DNA from: Takakia lepidozioides
Taxonomy: Eukaryota; Plantae; Bryophyta
Assembly: GCA_030704615.1 (NCBI GenBank)
Contig: CM060734.1
Span: 13,268,001 to 13,332,000, forward strand
Direction of reading: 5' to 3'
DNA length: 64,000 bases
The notes beneath the pieces were generated by a model. The model saw nothing but the letters and a program-made list of their open reading frames with translations. It had not been told where the DNA came from and ran no database searches. The position numbers and the translations under genes are program-made. Numbering within the stretch: the stretch's first letter is position 1; every line of letters starts with the position of its first letter. This document shows, in pieces, positions 61,570 to 64,000 of the stretch.

Positions 61570-62481
61570 ATATTGGTTGCCAGCTCCACGACGCCGAAGC
61601 CAATGTGAACTGCTTGCTGTTGCATGCGTGGGGTCGCTCTATTTCAGCAGCTGTGAACTTTCCTGATGAATTCTTGGGTTGGGGATACTTCACGAGATGC
61701 GGTCACCCGTCAAGTGCCTTCCGGGGGTTGCTCTTGTGTGTATGAGGCGTGTGAGTTAGATGCGTCCAAATGGTAGTGCTGAGGGAGAGACTCTGGGTAG
61801 TGGTTATCGGGAAAATGTGCTCCATCGGCGCCTGTTGCTGGTCCCAGGGAGTCGACAAAGCATGGAGGAGCTCGAAGGAGGGGGAAAAGAAGAGAAATGA
61901 GAGCAATAAGGTCGCTGATTGTATATTGCCATAGCGATTAGGTCGAGTCATGTTCTCGGTGGCCTTGGAATACTGCAGCTTGAGCATGTCTGTGTAAACA
62001 TACTTGGTCCGCGGGGGTGTTGTGAACTTTGTGCCGATCCGTGCGGTCATAGTTGTAGGAGTACTTGAGGAAGTAGTGTCATTTTCTTCATTTGGACAGA
62101 AGTAAGTCCGCTTGGAGCTTGTTGGCGAATAGCAAAGAGCAGACAAAGCTATTATCTTTTTTTGTACTGCGATACACCAGAAAGCATATATATTGTGAAA
62201 CGTTCCAAAATTGGTTCCATGATGAGGCAAATGCCATGGTAGCAAACAGAGAGGTGGGAAAAGAGGGCAAGCTGCTGAGAAAAGAGAGGGAGAGGGGAGG
62301 TACGATGGCGACTGAAGAGTGCTTCGCAGAAGTAGTAGTCATGGATAGGATAGTGGAAATGTGAAGGGTTAATAAGACTAGGTAGGTAGAAAACTGGCGG
62401 AACCCTACATGATTAGTCATGGCTAAAGACACTGCACGGATGCGGACACGGCGGGAGGACGGAGCTCCGCCGAGCTCTCTC
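61570..62481 (-). mobile_element. 5' fragment of a second member of the long LINE family
   Basis: 62396-62472 matches 29560-29636 (GGAACCCTA...ATTAGTCATG.CTAA...GGCGGGA.G.CGGAGCTCCGCC). Confidence 0.5.
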
Positions 62482-63039
62482 ACCAGCAGAATTAGAAAAA
62501 TATGGGATGCAGACTGGAATGAAATGGAGACTTTTTACTGATGAAGAGTATGATAAGTGGATGAAAAATATCCCAAATGTTGTTCCACAGAAAGGATGGA
62601 AACCAGACATGTCATATATGAAATAAAAGATGGTTGGAATTCCTGGACCATCATGATATACTATTATGGATGTTTCTCCCTTATATTTTTATAAATATAT
62701 ATTTGTAATATATGTACATATTATATTATAATTATGTAGATAAATGTCTAATGTATGGATAAAAGAGTACCCTCAAATATTGAAAGACTTGAAATTTACA
62801 ATGTTTCATGCCAGTGATGACAAAACTCTTCGCACCTTAGTTATAAGGTATTGATGTAAACTCAGAACTACCATCAACGATTCTATTGCAAATGGAAAAA
62901 AAAAAACCTTTAGCCAAAGTTGACACAAACAAATATCATTTCACCATTCGGCTACAACCTCTTATTGGATATACGCCATTTCAATTCTCCTACAATAAAA
63001 GTGGACAAGCCATTGTCCACTTTTAATGAATACAGTGTT

Positions 63040-64000
63040 CACCAATCTTGATCAATCCAAGATGGGATCTACCATTCCATGTACACAGTGATGCATCAGG
63101 CATCGCCCTTGGAGCAGTTATGGCTCAGAATGTGACAGGCACAATAGATTCTCCAATCTATTATGCAAACAGACTACTGACATCTGCTGAAAAGAACTAT
63201 AGCACCATAGAGATGGAAGCATTGGCAATGATATATGTTGTTTCAAAGTTTCGGCATTATTTATTTGGCAATCGCTTTAAGTTTATTGTTGATCATCAGG
63301 CTTTGGTTCATTCGGCAAATCGACCACTGGCTAGTGGCAGGGTTGCTCAATGGTTATTACTACTTCATGAGTATGATTTTGAAATAGTTCGTAAACCTGG
63401 AAGACTACATGTCAACCTGAAGCACAAGAAGAGGAGTGAGATCCTTTGGACGCTCTAGGAGTGTTTCAAGCAGACTGCACAGGTCACCTTCAAATATCAG
63501 TGCAGCCTTGAGGAAGATCGACGACGATGCAGAAACGCAGGCAACACTGACAAGTTTTGGCTTACGGTACTTCATCAGCACCTTGGACTGGAACCTCAAG
63601 CATGACGAGCTCTGCAGGGAATTCTTGGAGAATTGCAATACCAACAGTCGGTCTCCGCGTGTCCGCGACACACATATCCTATTGACCGAGCAGTACTTGG
63701 CGGAGGTGTTTCATCTTCCTAGTCAGGACGTTCCAGCACACAACAACAAACCCCAGAGGTTTGTCATTCCAGATCTGTTTGAGAAACTCACACAACCCGA
63801 CCAAGGCTACACATGCAAAGACAGCAAGGATCCAGGCTTTGAGAAGATCGTCCCAGTGTTTAGCGCGTTGCTTTGCCTCGGGCAAAACAACAGCTACTGC
63901 ACTAAGGAGCTAGTAGAGCAAGTTGATTTGCCTCAACGGGCAAATCGTTAATTGGGTAGGCTTCTTGTTGAAGAAGCTGCTCCAAGAGCTTACCCGGCTG
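63040..64000 (+). mobile_element. Ty3/gypsy fragment: RNase H joined by deletion to an accessory ORF
   Basis: HSDASGIALGAV, AEKNYSTIEMEALA, VDHQAL and EYDFEIVRKPG. ORF 63436-63951 is homologous to 6428-7234. Confidence 0.85.

Overview
Repeat-rich land-plant nuclear DNA (spliced ARGLU1 and Tic32-like SDR genes, PLS-class PPR relic) dominated by nested retroelements. The main result is a Ty3/gypsy-type family present in two diverged copies (11527-22134 +, 47159-60958 -). It encodes a DNMT3-like C5 cytosine methyltransferase between protease and RT and a PHD finger after a DDE integrase. It appears to self-prime, because a 13-15 nt LTR/PBS pairing co-varies between the copies. It is integrated in a circularly permuted form: the LTR defined by PPT and PBS (B+A) is split at an internal palindrome GACA-gc-TGTC, giving A-internal-B-gc-A-B (copy 2) or A-internal-B (copy 1), each with a 4-bp TSD. 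The window also holds a young chromovirus nested in copy 2, an Arg-primed gypsy element with extra ORFs that was split by an inversion together with its host LINE, a long APE/RT LINE with a 2A-like motif, an L1 3' fragment and several tandem arrays. Many frameshifts sit in homopolymers and may be consensus errors. All alignments were made by eye.
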